Positions 61,980-64,000 of a stretch of 64,000 nt of DNA are shown here, piece by piece (position 1 is the stretch's first letter; each line of letters starts with the position of its first letter). Under the pieces are notes generated by a model. The model searched no databases, was not told the origin of the DNA, and worked only from the letters and a program-made list of their open reading frames with translations. The DNA comes from Candidatus Uhrbacteria bacterium (GTDB lineage: Bacteria; Patescibacteriota; Patescibacteriia; UBA9934; GWF2-40-263): NCBI GenBank assembly GCA_016219925.1, contig JACRJU010000013.1:102566-166565 (forward strand), given 5' to 3'. The position numbers were made by a program, and so were the translations under genes.

Positions 61980-62042
61980 ATCAAGCGCACGGAGAATATC
62001 ACATTCAACGAAAATTGTCACCCGTGATAGGATAAGGTCGTT

Positions 62043-62501
62043 ATGTCTAAACACACGATGGAACACACCTTTACTATGATTGCCTCTGTCTATTTGGTTT
62101 TACAAAATGCGCGCGGGGAAGGGCTCTTGTTGAAACGGAAAAATACGGGATTCAAAGATGGAGAGTATGGGCTCCCCGCAGGACATGTGGATGGAGGAGA
62201 AACATTGAGCGAAGCGATGCGTCGCGAGGCGCGAGAGGAAATTGGGATTGAGATTGCCCCAAAGGATTTGACATTAGCTCATGTGATGCATCGAAATTGT
62301 GGCGATCATGAGCGGTTGGATTTTTTCTTTACGTGTCATCGGTATCGAGGAGAAGTGCGTAATTGTGAAGAAGGAAAGTGTGAAGAATTACGGTGGTGTT
62401 CCCTTGATGTCCTTCCTGAAAAGACGATCGACTATTACGTTCAAGCATTTTCCGCGATCAAGCACGGAGTGTTGTATGGCGAGTTTGGGTGGATTGATTG
62501 A
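62043..62501 (+). CDS. NUDIX hydrolase
   Basis: PAGHVDGGETLSEAMRREAREEIG Nudix box; start may instead be at 62076. Confidence 0.9.
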   Translation: MSKHTMEHTFTMIASVYLVLQNARGEGLLLKRKNTGFKDGEYGLPAGHVDGGETLSEAMRREAREEIGIEIAPKDLTLAHVMHRNCGDHERLDFFFTCHRYRGEVRNCEEGKCEELRWCSLDVLPEKTIDYYVQAFSAIKHGVLYGEFGWID

Positions 62502-62559
62502 CACCGAGACGCGTGGCACGTATACTTTCGCCAGCCAACGGATGGCTCTGGAGGACTTC

Positions 62560-63219
62560 ATGTCCAACGTGACCGTGATCGATCATCCGCTCGCGCGCGC
62601 CGCTCTGACGGTATGCCGCGACGCCAACACCCCCAGCGGTGGACCATTCGCCCGCCAGATGGCGCGCGTCGGACGCGTCCTGGCCCCGTACGCTCTGGCT
62701 GGCATCGAGACCGACGCCAAGCGTGTCCAAACCCCGCTTGAGGTCGGCCACGATGGCGTGATCCAGCACGGCAAGGTCGCGCTGGTTCCCATCCTGCGGG
62801 CTGGCAAGGCGCTCGAACAACCGTTCGCCGACCTGCTCGAGCGATACTGCGTCTGGGACCTGGGTCTACGTCGCAACGAGCAGACGCTCAAGCCCGAGCA
62901 GTACCTCAACCGCATCCCCGAGCGTGTGCCCGCCGTTGTCCAGCACACGATCGTGCTGGAGATCATGCTCGCGACCGGCGGCTCGAGCGTCCACGCGGTG
63001 GACATTCTCAAGGAGCGCGGAGCGACGAAGATCACGTTCGTGTGCGTCGTTAGCGCGCCCGAAGGCATCCGCAAGCTGTCGGAAGCGCATCCGGATGTCG
63101 ACATCTTCACCGTCGCCGTTGACGAACGCCTCACCACCATGGAGGATGCGTTCCCTCCCGGCTACATCGTTCCGGGACTGGGCGATGCCGGCAGGCGCCT
63201 CAACGACTCGGCCGAGTGA
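62560..63219 (+). CDS. upp: Uracil phosphoribosyltransferase (GC-rich cassette)
   Basis: IDHPL, VPILRAG, RNEQTL, MLATGGS, GYIVPGLGDAG. Promoter TTGACA(62498)-17-TATACT, GGAGG SD. Confidence 0.93.
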   Translation: MSNVTVIDHPLARAALTVCRDANTPSGGPFARQMARVGRVLAPYALAGIETDAKRVQTPLEVGHDGVIQHGKVALVPILRAGKALEQPFADLLERYCVWDLGLRRNEQTLKPEQYLNRIPERVPAVVQHTIVLEIMLATGGSSVHAVDILKERGATKITFVCVVSAPEGIRKLSEAHPDVDIFTVAVDERLTTMEDAFPPGYIVPGLGDAGRRLNDSAE

Positions 63220-63246
63220 TCAACTCGTTCGGCCCCCTTCGACCCC

Positions 63247-64000
63247 TCAACGTGAGGGATTTTTTGTTGGCCGATGTCGGCTGTGGCCACTTTGGCCACT
63301 GCGTCCTTGGCGATGGAACGGCCGTCCGCCAGAGCGATAAGCCCGCGGGGGGCGTTCAGGAACAGAGGCGGGAGCTTCGACGAATCGTTCGAGCGTTTCA
63401 CCGGTGTGTGATTTTACCGAGAGCCGCATGTTGATAAGCCGTTCAATTTGTCTGATGTCGTTTTTTTGTTCTGGAACCGCAAAGGAAATCGCTTTCCCAG
63501 CGCGACCAGCTCGACCAGTGCGTCCAATGCGATGCACATAGTCTTCCGTGTGATCCGGCAGATCAAAGTTCAACACCAATTCGATCCCTGTCACATCAAT
63601 CCCGCGAGCGGCGATATCCGTTGCAACAAGCACGCGGTACGCGCCGGATTTGAATCCCTCAAGGGCCTGCTTTCGCTGGGCAAGCGATCGGTTGGAGTGC
63701 AGTTCAGCTGAAGTGTGTCCCATCTGGCGCACGGCGCGGGCGATTTTTTTTGCTCCATGCTTGGTGCGACTAAAAACCAAAATCGTTCCGCGATACTCGC
63801 CCAGCACTTTTTGCAATAGACTCAATTTATCCGCTTTGGACACGATAAAAACTTCTTGATCCACATGCTCGGCTGCGGTGCCAGATCGCGCGACCTCAAC
63901 ACGCAAAGGTTGTTTCATATATTTTCGCGCGATTTGGGCAATCTGTTCTGGCATGGTCGCGGAAAACAAAAGCGTCTGTCGTTCCGTTGGAACGCCAGTC
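63247..64000 (-). CDS. DEAD-box RNA helicase (5' part lies outside the window)
   Basis: FSAT motif III, LVFSRTK, ATDIAARGID, HRIGRTGRAG. Confidence 0.93.
   Translation of the reverse strand, partial: TGVPTERQTLLFSATMPEQIAQIARKYMKQPLRVEVARSGTAAEHVDQEVFIVSKADKLSLLQKVLGEYRGTILVFSRTKHGAKKIARAVRQMGHTSAELHSNRSLAQRKQALEGFKSGAYRVLVATDIAARGIDVTGIELVLNFDLPDHTEDYVHRIGRTGRAGRAGKAISFAVPEQKNDIRQIERLINMRLSVKSHTGETLERFVEAPASVPERPPRAYRSGGRPFHRQGRSGQSGHSRHRPTKNPSR

Overview
This is a gene-dense, ~50% GC bacterial chromosome segment. It is most likely from a Patescibacteria/CPR organism (Parcubacteria/ABY1-like). That assignment is inferred from SD-less housekeeping genes, the VirD4-like coupling ATPase cluster, pilM/pilin/pilD and DUF5671/DUF2914-type genes. 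The backbone carries nrdJ, dnaX, lepA, recJ, rnhA, ligA, gatCA, lgt, dnaG, rpoD, mutY, rlmN, a DEAD-box helicase and three tRNAs (Gln-CTG, Ser-GGA, Asn-GTT). No CRISPR array, rRNA, integrase or transposase was seen. The most striking unexplained pattern is about nine single, GC3-rich genes scattered through the backbone: acs, an OPT transporter, a glycosyltransferase, a YARHG-like protein, a GGDEF protein, a PgsA-like protein, a frameshifted PNP, upp and a small ORF. Each looks like a self-contained cassette with a Shine-Dalgarno site and terminator, and most have their own TTGAC-N16/17-(-10) promoter, whereas backbone genes mostly lack SD sites. Other notable signals are a promoter-driven ~215-nt multi-stem ncRNA candidate, a covarying hairpin motif in three copies (two flanking nrdJ), REP-like palindromes embedded in-frame in dnaX and recJ, a MITE-like element, and a tiny hyper-acidic ORF with its own promoter and terminator. 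All calls were made by eye from the sequence and the ORF track; no database search was run.
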